A model generated the notes under the pieces. That model did not search any database. It was not told where the DNA came from and saw nothing but the letters and a program-made list of their open reading frames with translations. A stretch of DNA of 64,000 nucleotides from Candidatus Sulfomarinibacteraceae bacterium (GTDB lineage: Bacteria > Acidobacteriota > Thermoanaerobaculia > Thermoanaerobaculales > Sulfomarinibacteraceae). The stretch covers positions 1-64,000 of the forward strand of contig CAWCLO010000010.1 in NCBI GenBank assembly GCA_963796455.1, written 5' to 3'. Shown here piece after piece: positions 9,939 to 18,914 of the stretch (position 1 is the first letter of the stretch; each line of letters begins with the position of its first letter). A program made the position numbers and the translations under genes.

Positions 9939-10876
9939 GCAAACTCATAAAGTTCGGTCCCAAGCTCCCAAACGTCGAGATCCCCGAGTCTTCGCTCGCT
10001 CCAGACTGGCAACAGGCCCGGCCCCGCGCCATCAAGCGAGCCCTCGAGAGGGCGCTCGGGAGACCTCACGGCAACTGGTATGTGGTCGGAGAGTCACCTG
10101 CCTTCGGCGAGAAACCGCGGCATCTTCGAGTGGCGGGAGAGAACCTGGTTGCCTGGCGAGCCGATGGTGAGCTGCTGATTGCCCCGGACGACTGCCCACA
10201 CATGGGGGCGTCGCTTTCGGACTGCAGCGTCCAGGACAGTAAGCTGATCTGCCCGTGGCACGCGCTGGCTCTGGGCAAGGAGGGGCACGGCAACTGGAAG
10301 ACTCTTGCGGTCCACGAAGACGGCGTACTCAGTTGGGTGCGGATCGGTTCTGAAGATCCCGACACCCCGCTTCCCGTACTCGCTCCGCGGCCAGACGTCT
10401 ATCTCGAGGGCGTGGTCCAGCTCGAGGTGCGGTGCGACCCCGAGGACATCATCGCCAACCGTCTCGACCCGTGGCACGGCGTGCACTTCCACCCCTACGC
10501 CTTCGCCTCGCTGACCGTGCTCGACATGAACGACGATATTCTCAAGGTGAGGGTGGCCAAAAGGCTGGTAGGGCGCCTCGTCGCGGAGACCGATGCCACG
10601 TTCCACAGCCCGGAGCCGCGGTCCATCGTCATGACCATCCTCGAGGGTGAGGGCAAGGGGTCAATCGTCGAAACCCATGCCACCCCGATCGAACCGGGCC
10701 GCACCGCGGTTGTCGAGGCAACGTTGGCGACCTCGGACCGGCCCGGATTTCAACACGCCAGAAAACTGCAACGATTCATCCGGCCCTTTATCGAGCGGTC
10801 CGCCCGAAGGCTCTGGGTCGACGACGCGGCTTACGCCGAACAGCTCTACACGCTCCGAAGCCGATCGCGGGCGTAG
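9935..10876 (+). CDS. Rieske/DUF5914 protein (CrtV-like)
   Basis: Rieske CPHMG...CPWH; ANRLDPWHG; IVETHATP; this family accompanies CrtU in actinobacterial crt clusters. Confidence 0.8.
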   Translation: MSKLIKFGPKLPNVEIPESSLAPDWQQARPRAIKRALERALGRPHGNWYVVGESPAFGEKPRHLRVAGENLVAWRADGELLIAPDDCPHMGASLSDCSVQDSKLICPWHALALGKEGHGNWKTLAVHEDGVLSWVRIGSEDPDTPLPVLAPRPDVYLEGVVQLEVRCDPEDIIANRLDPWHGVHFHPYAFASLTVLDMNDDILKVRVAKRLVGRLVAETDATFHSPEPRSIVMTILEGEGKGSIVETHATPIEPGRTAVVEATLATSDRPGFQHARKLQRFIRPFIERSARRLWVDDAAYAEQLYTLRSRSRA

Positions 10877-10879
10877 GGC

Positions 10880-11836
10880 TCAGAGCGCGACGGTACGATC
10901 GATGGTCGTCCGGGAGTAGGCCCGGGCAAGGTTCGCCAACTGGTGGCCCGATGGACCCAATGGCGCAAGGGCGGATGCGGCTGACTCGATGTAGCGGTGC
11001 ACTTCCTGCCGGGTTCCGTCGGCACCCAGGCGCGAAGCGAGAGTCGATTTCTCATCATCCTGGTGGATGTCTTTGCCGATATCTTCGCAGGTACCGAAGG
11101 TGTCGAGGAGATCGTCGAGAAGCTGGAAAGCGAGCCCGAGGTTGACCCCGTACTCCCTGACCGCCTTGACCCACACATCATCCACACCCGCAACACGCGC
11201 ACCCGCTTCGAGCGCGGCAACAAAGAGCGCCCCGGTCTTCTGACCGTACATTTCGGTCAACCCGGCCACGTCATCGCCGTGCCCGTGTCGTATTCGAAGA
11301 TCACAGAACTGACCGGCAATGATCCCGTTGCTCCCCACCGATTCGGACAGCAAGCGGGTCAGATCGATACGTGTTTGAGCCGGCAGGTGTTCACACTCGG
11401 CAATGACACCGAAGGCGCGATTCAAGAGCGCGGTGGCGGCAAGAATAGCGGTGTCCTCGCCGAAGACCAGGTGGTTGGCTTTTCGGCCGCGACGCAGTTG
11501 CGCATCGTCCATACACGGGAGGTCATCCAGGATCAGCGAGGCGGCGTGGACCATCTCGACCGCACACGCCGCATCGAGAACCGCCTCCTCGCTCGCACCG
11601 AGATCGGTGGCGACCTGAATTGTAAGCACCGGCCGAATCCTTTTTCCGCCCGCCAGAAGGGTGTATCGCATGGATTCGTGGAGTGGACGTGGATCAGTCT
11701 TCTCGTCTGGCATCAACTCGGCCAGGCGATCGTCAACCATGCGACGCCAGCGACGATTGGCTTCCCGTTGAGTGTCGTTCCGTGGGGCCAACAAAAGCCG
11801 GCCATCAGAATCCAATCCCTCGATGCTGATGCTCAT
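10880..11836 (-). CDS. crtE: Geranylgeranyl diphosphate synthase
   Basis: GGKRIRP, LILDDLPCMDDAQLRRG, KTGALF, FQLLDDLLD. Confidence 0.92.
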   Translation of the reverse strand: MSISIEGLDSDGRLLLAPRNDTQREANRRWRRMVDDRLAELMPDEKTDPRPLHESMRYTLLAGGKRIRPVLTIQVATDLGASEEAVLDAACAVEMVHAASLILDDLPCMDDAQLRRGRKANHLVFGEDTAILAATALLNRAFGVIAECEHLPAQTRIDLTRLLSESVGSNGIIAGQFCDLRIRHGHGDDVAGLTEMYGQKTGALFVAALEAGARVAGVDDVWVKAVREYGVNLGLAFQLLDDLLDTFGTCEDIGKDIHQDDEKSTLASRLGADGTRQEVHRYIESAASALAPLGPSGHQLANLARAYSRTTIDRTVAL

Positions 11837-12077
11837 GATCTCAATCGCTCCATTTCCTCAATGTTCGCAAACCGTCGGTCTTCAGAAGTGTTTGGTGAGA
11901 TTCCGTCAACCACAACCATGTTGAAACTCTTGGTTATTCCGTTATTTACGAAATATTGCGACGAGTTCTGGAAAACCCAGGCCTGATGAGCCTTTCTGAA
12001 CTCGAATCACGGCGAGAAGCAGCGGCCTATGGCTCTTGCCGCGGGGCGGATGATTGGAGGCGGCTTAGAGCCATCCG

Positions 12078-12112
12078 CTGGTTGCTCGTGTGCCCGGCAC
12101 ACGAGCAACCAG
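12078..12112. repeat. Palindrome with 17-bp arms overlapping the second tRNA fragment
   Basis: ctggttgctcgtgtgcc-c-ggcacacgagcaaccag. Confidence 0.85.
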
Positions 12113-12131
12113 AGACCACCGGATTAAAAGT
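12107..12131 (-). mobile_element. att-like duplicate of tRNA-Lys from anticodon loop to T-stem
   Basis: 24 of 25 nt identical to 12999-13023. Confidence 0.85.
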
Positions 12132-12257
12132 TCACTGTGAATGCAACGGTGACAGTGCTTTTCAGCACCCCCCTCGCCCGATCCTAGCCCGCTCAAGCCC
12201 GACCTGAAATCCCATGTCGTCACAATTCAACAATGCGGAACGCACTAGAAGCTTGGC

Positions 12258-12482
12258 TCACGACGCCTTATCGAAGTGGCTGGCAATAAGCATCTTGATC
12301 AGCGATTGACGCGGCACCCCGATGCGAGACGCTTCGCGGTCGAGTGACTCGATCATCCATACCGGAAAATCGACGTTGACCCGTTTCTGTTCGTGGCCGG
12401 GTCGTTTTGCTTTCGTCAGATCGAGGTACTTCGTAACGTCCTCACCCGCGTCGAACTTCTTGTCGAAATCCTTAGCTTTCAT
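12258..12482 (-). CDS. brnA: BrnA/CopG-type antitoxin
   Basis: MKAKDFDKKFD...KRVNVDFPVWMIESLDREA...RQSLIK; overlaps the toxin gene. Confidence 0.88.
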   Translation of the reverse strand: MKAKDFDKKFDAGEDVTKYLDLTKAKRPGHEQKRVNVDFPVWMIESLDREASRIGVPRQSLIKMLIASHFDKAS

Positions 12483-12732
12483 ATATCTCAATCTCCTCGC
12501 CCCGAGAACGACGAACCGAAATGATCCGAATTCGGTTTTCCCGGTAGGTCATCACGCCGGACCAGTGGGTCTCGCCAATCCTTCCGACGACCAGATACCG
12601 CGGCTCGTCGGAAGTTCGGGCCGGAACCACAATCAGGTCCAGGTCGTCCCACAGTGCCTGCGCCTCGTTGAAGTCGATCCCGTGCTTCTTTTTGTTCGAA
12701 CGGCTCTTGCGCGGATCGAATTCGAACTCCAT
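12472..12732 (-). CDS. brnT: BrnT family ribonuclease toxin
   Basis: MEFEFDPRKSRSNKKKHGIDF...RIISVRR. Confidence 0.92.
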   Translation of the reverse strand: MEFEFDPRKSRSNKKKHGIDFNEAQALWDDLDLIVVPARTSDEPRYLVVGRIGETHWSGVMTYRENRIRIISVRRSRGEEIEIYES

Positions 12733-12827
12733 GGTATAAAATATATACCTTTTATATACAGGCGTCAAGATCGCACACGATTGCGATGGCCATGGGAGCC
12801 ATAAAGCGCGTTGTGATTTGAGATGAG

Positions 12828-12941
12828 GTCGGCCTGCCCGGGTGGAGTTCAAGGCCAAGTACTGGCGTGGAGGGGAAGGTCCGGCTTCCGGCTTCGCCTC
12901 AAGGCTACGCCGTGACAGGTCGCTAGAAGCTACGCCGTGAC
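12828..12941 (-). repeat. REP-doublet-like element, same family as 985-1245 and 37093-37520
   Basis: ccggcttccggcttcgcctcaaggctacgccgtgacaggtcgct core. Confidence 0.8.
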
Positions 12942-12978
12942 AAATAATGCCCTCAGCCGGCAGCTGAGGGCATTATTT
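12942..12978 (-). terminator. Hairpin directly 3' of tRNA-Lys
   Basis: aaataatgccctcagc / gctgagggcattattt 16-bp inverted repeat. Confidence 0.75.
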
Positions 12979-13053
12979 GGTGAGCCGTGCTGGATTCGAA
13001 CCAGCGACCACCGGATTAAAAGTCCGATGCTCTACCAACTGAGCTAACGGCCC
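12978..13053 (-). tRNA. tRNA-Lys(TTT)
   Basis: GGGCCGTTAGCTCAGTTGGTAGAGC...CTTTTAA...GGTTCGAATCC...CACCA, 76 nt. Confidence 0.97.
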
Positions 13054-13110
13054 ACCCTGGAAAGATCAAAATAAAGCCTCATCGGCTGAAAAACAAGGCC
13101 CGGAGGGTGG

Positions 13111-14439
13111 TTATTTCCCGATAATCGAGCGCAGGCGGCCTGCAAGCTCGGAGTTGCCGCGAACGAGGGTTTCCTCCCGTCGCGGGCCGGTTGAAACGAT
13201 CACCGCCGGAGCGCCGATCTTCTCCTCGAGAAATGCGAGATAGTCCATTGCTTCGGGCGGCAAATTGTCCTCGTCGATGACGCCCTCGGTCGGAGCGCTC
13301 CAACCGGGCAGTTCTTCGTAGATCGGCTCGAGCAACTCGGCGATCTCGGCGTCGGCCGGGAACGTGTCGAGGGTGGAGCCGTCGGGCAAGCGATAGGAAG
13401 TGGCGACCTTGAGCGTTTCAAAACCATCAAGAATATCGAGCTTGGTGACGGCCACCGCATCGATGCCCGCCACTTCGACCGCGTACCGGGCGGCCACTGC
13501 ATCAAACCAACCACAGCGACGGGGCCGGCCGGTCGTGGTGCCGAACTCGGCACCGCGATCACGCATCTTTTCGCCGGTGGCGTCCTCGAGTTCGGTGGGA
13601 AAGGGACCGCTGCCGACCCGCGTGGCATAGGCCTTCATGACACCGATCACCGGGCCCAGCAGTTTCGGCCCGATCCCGCAGGAGGCGGCGGCGAAACCCG
13701 GCAGGCAGGACGACGAGGTGACAAAGGGGTAGGTTCCCCAGGCCAGATCGAGCAGAACACCCTGTGCGCCCTCAAAGAGCACACCCTCCCCTTCCGACTG
13801 ATGGCGACGAAGGCCGGTCCAACTTCATCGATCAAGGGTGCCAGACGCTTGGCCGCGGCCTCGAGTTCGGCAACGGCGAGCTTCGAGATCGACCGGATCC
13901 GCGCCAAAGAGGATCTCCAGTTCACGGTTGTGCTGCTCCATGAGACCCAATGCGCGTTCGCGCAGGCGGTCAGGGTCGGCCAGGACGTGAGCGCGGAGAC
14001 CGCGCCGTTGGGCACGATCCTGATAGGCCGGTCCGATGCCGCGGCCTGTTGTGCCGATCTTGCCGGCACCGAGGTTCCCCTCACGGGCGCCGTCGAGCGC
14101 CTTGTGAGTCGGCAGGATCAGGGTCGCTCTGGGGGAAAGCTTGATTCGGCCGGAAGTCTCCACGCCCTCCTCGGAGAGGGTGTCAATCTCGGCCACCAGG
14201 CCGGATGGATCGACCACCATTCCCGACCCGAGGTAGCAGGTCACGCCTTCATGGATGATCCCTGATGGTACGAGATGCAGGGCGAACTTGCGCTCGGCAA
14301 ATCGCACCGTGTGCCCGGCGTTGTTGCCGCCGTTGTAGCGCGCCACGGCGGTGAAGTCGGAGGACAGCAGGTCGACCACCTTGCCCTTGCCCTCGTCGCC
14401 CCATTGACCGCCTATGATCATCAACGACTGTGTGCTCAT
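13111..14439 (-). CDS. purA: Adenylosuccinate synthetase; broken in this sequence by a +1 and a -1 indel near 13880 and 13810
   Basis: QWGDEGKGK, GIGPAY, FEGAQG, GTYPFVTSS, GTTTGRPRRCGWFD; segment AVAELEAAAKRLAPLIDEVGP lies in a shifted frame. Confidence 0.93.
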
Positions 14440-14529
14440 CAGACCTCCGGCCGCACATGATAACCCGTGACACCAGAGACACCAAGCTTCGAAATCCGAG
14501 GCGCCCACTTCGCGCTACAATGGACCCCC

Positions 14530-15267
14530 ATGATTGATCCCGATCCAACTGACGAAAGCGGCTTTTTTCGCAGAGTCGCCGACGCTGCGCGGCTGAGTGA
14601 AAACCGGCGCGGAATCGGCCGATGGTTCCGAACCCGACTCCTGGTCGGATTCATGGTGGCATTCCCTCTCGTCGTGACGATTTTTTTCGCGCGCTTTATC
14701 TTCGGTCTGCTCGACAAGTGGTTTCGACCGATCTCGGAGCGCCTTTTCGGCGAACAATTGGTGGGTGTCGGGCTCCTTGTTTCGATCATCATCCTCCTGT
14801 TGCTCGGGGTGGCCGCCACCAACGTGATCGGCGCCCGGCTCTTCTCGTTCTTCGAGAGGAGGATCACCGGTCTGCCGCTGCTGAGCCCGATCTACCAGGG
14901 CGCACGACAGATTACCGAGGCCATCCAGCTTCACGACACGGCGGAATTTCAACGAGTCGTGCTCCTCCCATTCCCGAACCAGAATGTTCGGTCGATCGGG
15001 TTTGTTACCCGAGACATGCGCGGAGCGAATGCATTTGGTGACGAGGCCACGGCCATGGTCTTTGTCCCCACCACGCCCAACCCGACGTCGGGCTATCTGG
15101 TGGTGGTCAAACAGGTCGATCTCACGGTGATGGACATGACGGTTGAAGAGGGGGTCAAATTGGTGATCTCCGGCGGTCTCTTGACACCGACCCACCTGTT
15201 GGCGGCTCGCCAATCCACCCGTGGATCGGCACGCCGGACGTCTGATCACATGCGGCGGTGGTTCTGA
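14530..15267 (+). CDS. DUF502 membrane protein
   Basis: VFVPTTPNPTSGYL and VISGG motifs; two N-terminal TMs. Confidence 0.88.
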   Translation: MIDPDPTDESGFFRRVADAARLSENRRGIGRWFRTRLLVGFMVAFPLVVTIFFARFIFGLLDKWFRPISERLFGEQLVGVGLLVSIIILLLLGVAATNVIGARLFSFFERRITGLPLLSPIYQGARQITEAIQLHDTAEFQRVVLLPFPNQNVRSIGFVTRDMRGANAFGDEATAMVFVPTTPNPTSGYLVVVKQVDLTVMDMTVEEGVKLVISGGLLTPTHLLAARQSTRGSARRTSDHMRRWF

Positions 15268-15314
15268 TAGACTTCGCCGACAACATCGACCAGAGAAGCG
15301 AGAGGAGTCAACGC

Positions 15315-16187
15315 ATGTTCCCCAGATCCAGTTTCTTGAGGCGGTCCGCCCTGTTCGGATTCGTACTCGCCGCAGCGTGGATGGCTGCGGCACCGATTGG
15401 CGCCGCAAAAAAGACTCACACGATTGCCCCCGGAACATTTCTCGGCGCCAACCTGGTGACCGAGGATGCTGAGGGTTCCGTGAAGTTCTATACCACTCTC
15501 TTTGGATGGGATGCGGAAAAGGTCAAAGACGGCTACGCCCTCCACCATAAGGGTCGTCTGGTGGCAAGCGTTAGCCAGATCGACGGGTCGACGCCGAACG
15601 TCACAGAGTCATTCTGGCTTGTAGCGCTCGTGGTGAACAACGTCGATTTGACACTGACCTCTGCGCGCGAGAACGGGGCGACGATTTACCGGCCGGTCAC
15701 CAAGGTCCAGGGTGGAAACGGCCGATACATTATCGTCGCTGACACCGAAAAGGCGCCGGTCATGTTCATCGAGCCCCGCGATACACCCATTGGTAATACC
15801 ACGGGACCGGGTTCATGGGTCTGGGCCGAGCTGTGGACCGACGATATCGATGAGGCAACCCGTTTTTACGCAGACGTCGTCGGACTCGGGCACGACCAGG
15901 TCGACCGCAGCGGCCAGCCGTACCACGTATTCACGTCACAGGGAAAGCGCCGTGCCGGGATCATCAAGATCCCGGTCGAGTTCGAAAAGGTCGAACCGGG
16001 GTGGGCCCCCTTTGTGGCAGTGGCTGATCTGGCCGCGACAACGACAAAGGTCGAAGAACTCGGGGGGAAGGTGGTTTTCAGTAGCCTCGAACACCCCGCG
16101 GACGCCGTCATTGCGTTGATCCTGGACCCCTCGGGGGCGGCACTGTTTTTGTACCAGATCGGCAGTCGCGAGGAGGCCGCGAAATGA
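15315..16187 (+). CDS. Exported VOC/glyoxalase-family protein with two domains
   Basis: FYTTLFGW, WVWAELWTDD, VEELGGKV, DPSGA. Confidence 0.85.
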   Translation: MFPRSSFLRRSALFGFVLAAAWMAAAPIGAAKKTHTIAPGTFLGANLVTEDAEGSVKFYTTLFGWDAEKVKDGYALHHKGRLVASVSQIDGSTPNVTESFWLVALVVNNVDLTLTSARENGATIYRPVTKVQGGNGRYIIVADTEKAPVMFIEPRDTPIGNTTGPGSWVWAELWTDDIDEATRFYADVVGLGHDQVDRSGQPYHVFTSQGKRRAGIIKIPVEFEKVEPGWAPFVAVADLAATTTKVEELGGKVVFSSLEHPADAVIALILDPSGAALFLYQIGSREEAAK

Positions 16188-16402
16188 AAAGTTCCACCCG
16201 TTTGATCGTCGTGTTGCTCGTTCTAATCGCGACCGTGACGTGGACCGCTTGTAGTTCGGACGGCTACACAGGAACATCAACCGTCTACGTAGGCACCAGC
16301 TACGGCGGATATGGGCCCGGTTGGGGCTATGGCTGGGGCGGCTACGGCGGATATCGCCCACCGCCAGTGGGTATCGGTCCTCCAGTAGGGGTGCCGTACT
16401 AG
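16184..16402 (+). CDS. Small Gly/Tyr/Pro-rich lipoprotein
   Basis: Lipobox-like WTAC; ATGA overlap with the upstream gene. Confidence 0.65.
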   Translation: MKSSTRLIVVLLVLIATVTWTACSSDGYTGTSTVYVGTSYGGYGPGWGYGWGGYGGYRPPPVGIGPPVGVPY

Positions 16403-16527
16403 GGCTTGAGGCTTGAGGCTTGAGGCTTGAGGCTTGAGGCTTGAGGCTTGAGGCTTGAGGCTTGAGGCTTCAAGTGGTCCGCTTCGTGGCAGGGGTTGTC
16501 AAGCCCCAGGTCCCAAGCCCCAAGCCT
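16403..16527. repeat. (GGCTTGA)x9 tandem array plus a degenerate inverted array (caagccc-type)
   Basis: Read directly; lies between convergent genes. Confidence 0.9.
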
Positions 16528-17544
16528 TCATGGAGTCAGCACGACCTTACCGAAGTTCTTGCGGTCCTGGATGTACTGATGGGCGGCTGAGGCCTTTTCA
16601 AACGGGAAGCTTCGGTCGACCACGGGTTTGAAGGTGCCGTCTGCGAAGAGGTCCGTGATTTCGCCGAGCATCGCGACCATCTCATCACCCCGGTCCCACA
16701 GGTGGCCCAGGTTGACGCCGAAAACCCCCTTGTTGGCGCTCATCAACTGCATCGGTTTGAATGAGCCCATCTTTGCCAGTCCTGTCAGAGCCGAGAACAT
16801 GTTCCGTTTCTTGCCGGGCGCGAGGCTCGAGGCGCCAAAAACAAAGAGACGACCGAGGCTCGAGAGGCTTCGGTAGCTCTTGCCGAAGGAGGCGCCGCCG
16901 ACTGCGTCCAGTGCGATGTCGACGCCGCGGCCATCGGTGATTCTCCGGACCTCCTGGAGAAAATCCTGGGTCCGGTAGTCGATGCACTCTTTGACACCCA
17001 TTTCACGCAGACGTTCGTGTTTGCCGGCCGACGCGGTGCCGATCACGTCAGCCCCGAAATGACGGCAGATCTGAACCGCCGCCAGTCCGACTCCTCCCGC
17101 GCAGGCGTGGACCAACACGGTCTCGCCCGCGCGGACGTTTCCAAGTCGTACCAACATCAACCAGGCGGTCAGATAGTTGACCGGAATCGAAGCGGCATCC
17201 TCGTCACTCAAACCCTCGGGGGTCTTGCCCGCCGTTTGCTGCGGGACGCAGATAACATCGGAATAACCCCCGAATCGTGTCATGCACACCACCCGATCGC
17301 CGACCCGATGATCCTCGACTCCATCGCCCACCGCATCGATGGTCCCGGCTACCTCGTAGCCGACCACCGCCGGAAGCTTGGGCGAATCGGGATAAAGCCC
17401 CATTCGCGCCAGGATGTCGGCGAAGTTGATCCCGGAGGCGCCGACCCGCACCCGAATTTGCCCGGTCTTCGGCTCGGGATCCGGCGCCTCACGCAGCTCG
17501 AGTACATCGGGCTCACCGATACGTGGAATCCAAACTTGTTTCAT
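16528..17544 (-). CDS. NADPH:quinone oxidoreductase / VAT-1-like MDR enzyme
   Basis: GINFAD, VGYEVAG, VLVHACAGGVG, NFGKVVL. Confidence 0.9.
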   Translation of the reverse strand: MKQVWIPRIGEPDVLELREAPDPEPKTGQIRVRVGASGINFADILARMGLYPDSPKLPAVVGYEVAGTIDAVGDGVEDHRVGDRVVCMTRFGGYSDVICVPQQTAGKTPEGLSDEDAASIPVNYLTAWLMLVRLGNVRAGETVLVHACAGGVGLAAVQICRHFGADVIGTASAGKHERLREMGVKECIDYRTQDFLQEVRRITDGRGVDIALDAVGGASFGKSYRSLSSLGRLFVFGASSLAPGKKRNMFSALTGLAKMGSFKPMQLMSANKGVFGVNLGHLWDRGDEMVAMLGEITDLFADGTFKPVVDRSFPFEKASAAHQYIQDRKNFGKVVLTP

Positions 17545-17751
17545 CTTTGCTCCATCTCCGATTTGGGCCGTCACGTTGTGGTCATGGGTGCGATCCTGGA
17601 TGGTACCCCATCCACTGACGCACGATTGCTTCGACCGACGTGACGGCCCAAATCGGAAGCGGCGCGCGATGCGCGCCGAGCACAAAAATAGCGCCGGCAG
17701 GGGGAAGGAGGGTCCCTGTCCGGCGCGTAATAGGAGCTCCAGCTACGAGGT

Positions 17752-18393
17752 TCAGTTCGCTGCAGCACCCGTGTCGAAAAATTCACTCACGTCAATTCTG
17801 CCGTCGCGGAGCTTCTCCGGCGGGACGTTGACGTAGTTGTATCTGGTACCAAAGCTCAGCAGGGCCTTTTCCAACATCCGGCGGCCTCGATAGAGCCGCG
17901 ACATCACTGTGCCCACCGGAACCGCGAGAATCTCCGCGATCTCTTTGTAGGCGAATCCCTCGAGATCGGCGAGGAGCACGACCATCTTGTAATCGTGCGG
18001 CAGGCCCAGGAGTGACTCACGGATCTCGTGATCCATCTCGACGGACATCAGCCAGGACTCGGGATCGGCCAACGACGCCTGGGCCTTGATCGCGAGGGTC
18101 TCTTCGAGACCTTCCTGGATCTCGTCAAAATCCACTTTCGGAGGCTGCAGTTTCTTCTTGCGGTACGAATTGATGAAGGTGTTCTTCATGATTTTGAAGA
18201 GCCACGCCTTGAAGTTCGTGCCCTCGGAAAACCGAGCGTAGTACTTATAGGCCTTGAGATAGGTTTCCTGGATGAGGTCTTCGGCATCTTCCACCGATCG
18301 GGTCATCCGCAGCGCGCTTTTGTAAAGCTGCTCGCGGTACGGCAGGTTTCCGGTCGTGAAGTCCCACATCCTTGGTTCGGCTGCTTGTGTCAC
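17752..18393 (-). CDS. ECF sigma-70 factor (SigH/SigR-like)
   Basis: [46 protein letters not shown]. Confidence 0.92.
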   Translation of the reverse strand: MTQAAEPRMWDFTTGNLPYREQLYKSALRMTRSVEDAEDLIQETYLKAYKYYARFSEGTNFKAWLFKIMKNTFINSYRKKKLQPPKVDFDEIQEGLEETLAIKAQASLADPESWLMSVEMDHEIRESLLGLPHDYKMVVLLADLEGFAYKEIAEILAVPVGTVMSRLYRGRRMLEKALLSFGTRYNYVNVPPEKLRDGRIDVSEFFDTGAAAN

Positions 18394-18511
18394 TTTCGAC
18401 CTCCAGTGCGTGAATGCTACAAGAATGAAACATTCATGTCAAGTGCCGATGTAACGCCGATGTAAAAGCCTTTTTGTTTCATTTGAGAAACAAGCGACAT
18501 GATCAGAACAC

Positions 18512-18542
18512 AAAAAAAGGGACCCCGGAGGGTCCCCTTTTC
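18512..18542 (-). terminator. Intrinsic terminator after atpE
   Basis: aaaaaaagggaccc-cgga-gggtcccctttt. Confidence 0.8.
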
Positions 18543-18559
18543 GAGTTTTTACGAAGCAG

Positions 18560-18877
18560 TCAGGCGTTGAGAATCAGGAACGCGATGATCAGCGCGTAGA
18601 TCACCAGCGACTCGATGAGCGCGAGACCGATGATCATCGTGATCCGGATCGGGCCAACCGCACCGGGATTGCGACCGATGGCTTCGACTGCCGCCGCAAG
18701 ACCGCGACCCTGGCCGATCGAACCGAATGCCGCCGCAATGCCGATCGCGAGGGCTGCCGCGAGGAATTGCCACTCATTGCCTCCGCCGGCTTCGGCGGCG
18801 TGTTCCTGGGCCAGCGCCGGCGATGCCACCGCCAGGGCGATCGTAATGACTGCGAGAACTACCAGACGTCGATTCAT
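18560..18877 (-). CDS. atpE: ATP synthase F0 subunit c
   Basis: GQG...RNPGA...LALIESLVIY. Confidence 0.95.
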   Translation of the reverse strand: MNRRLVVLAVITIALAVASPALAQEHAAEAGGGNEWQFLAAALAIGIAAAFGSIGQGRGLAAAVEAIGRNPGAVGPIRITMIIGLALIESLVIYALIIAFLILNA

Positions 18878-18914
18878 GTATTCACCTCCTCAAGGAATTT
18901 TGAGCCGTTATCAA

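Noticed and set aside
18560..18877. Na+-coupled ATP synthase
   Set aside because: The c subunit has Q...ES...Y but Leu where Na+-binding rings have Thr (ESL rather than EST); ion specificity cannot be called from this.
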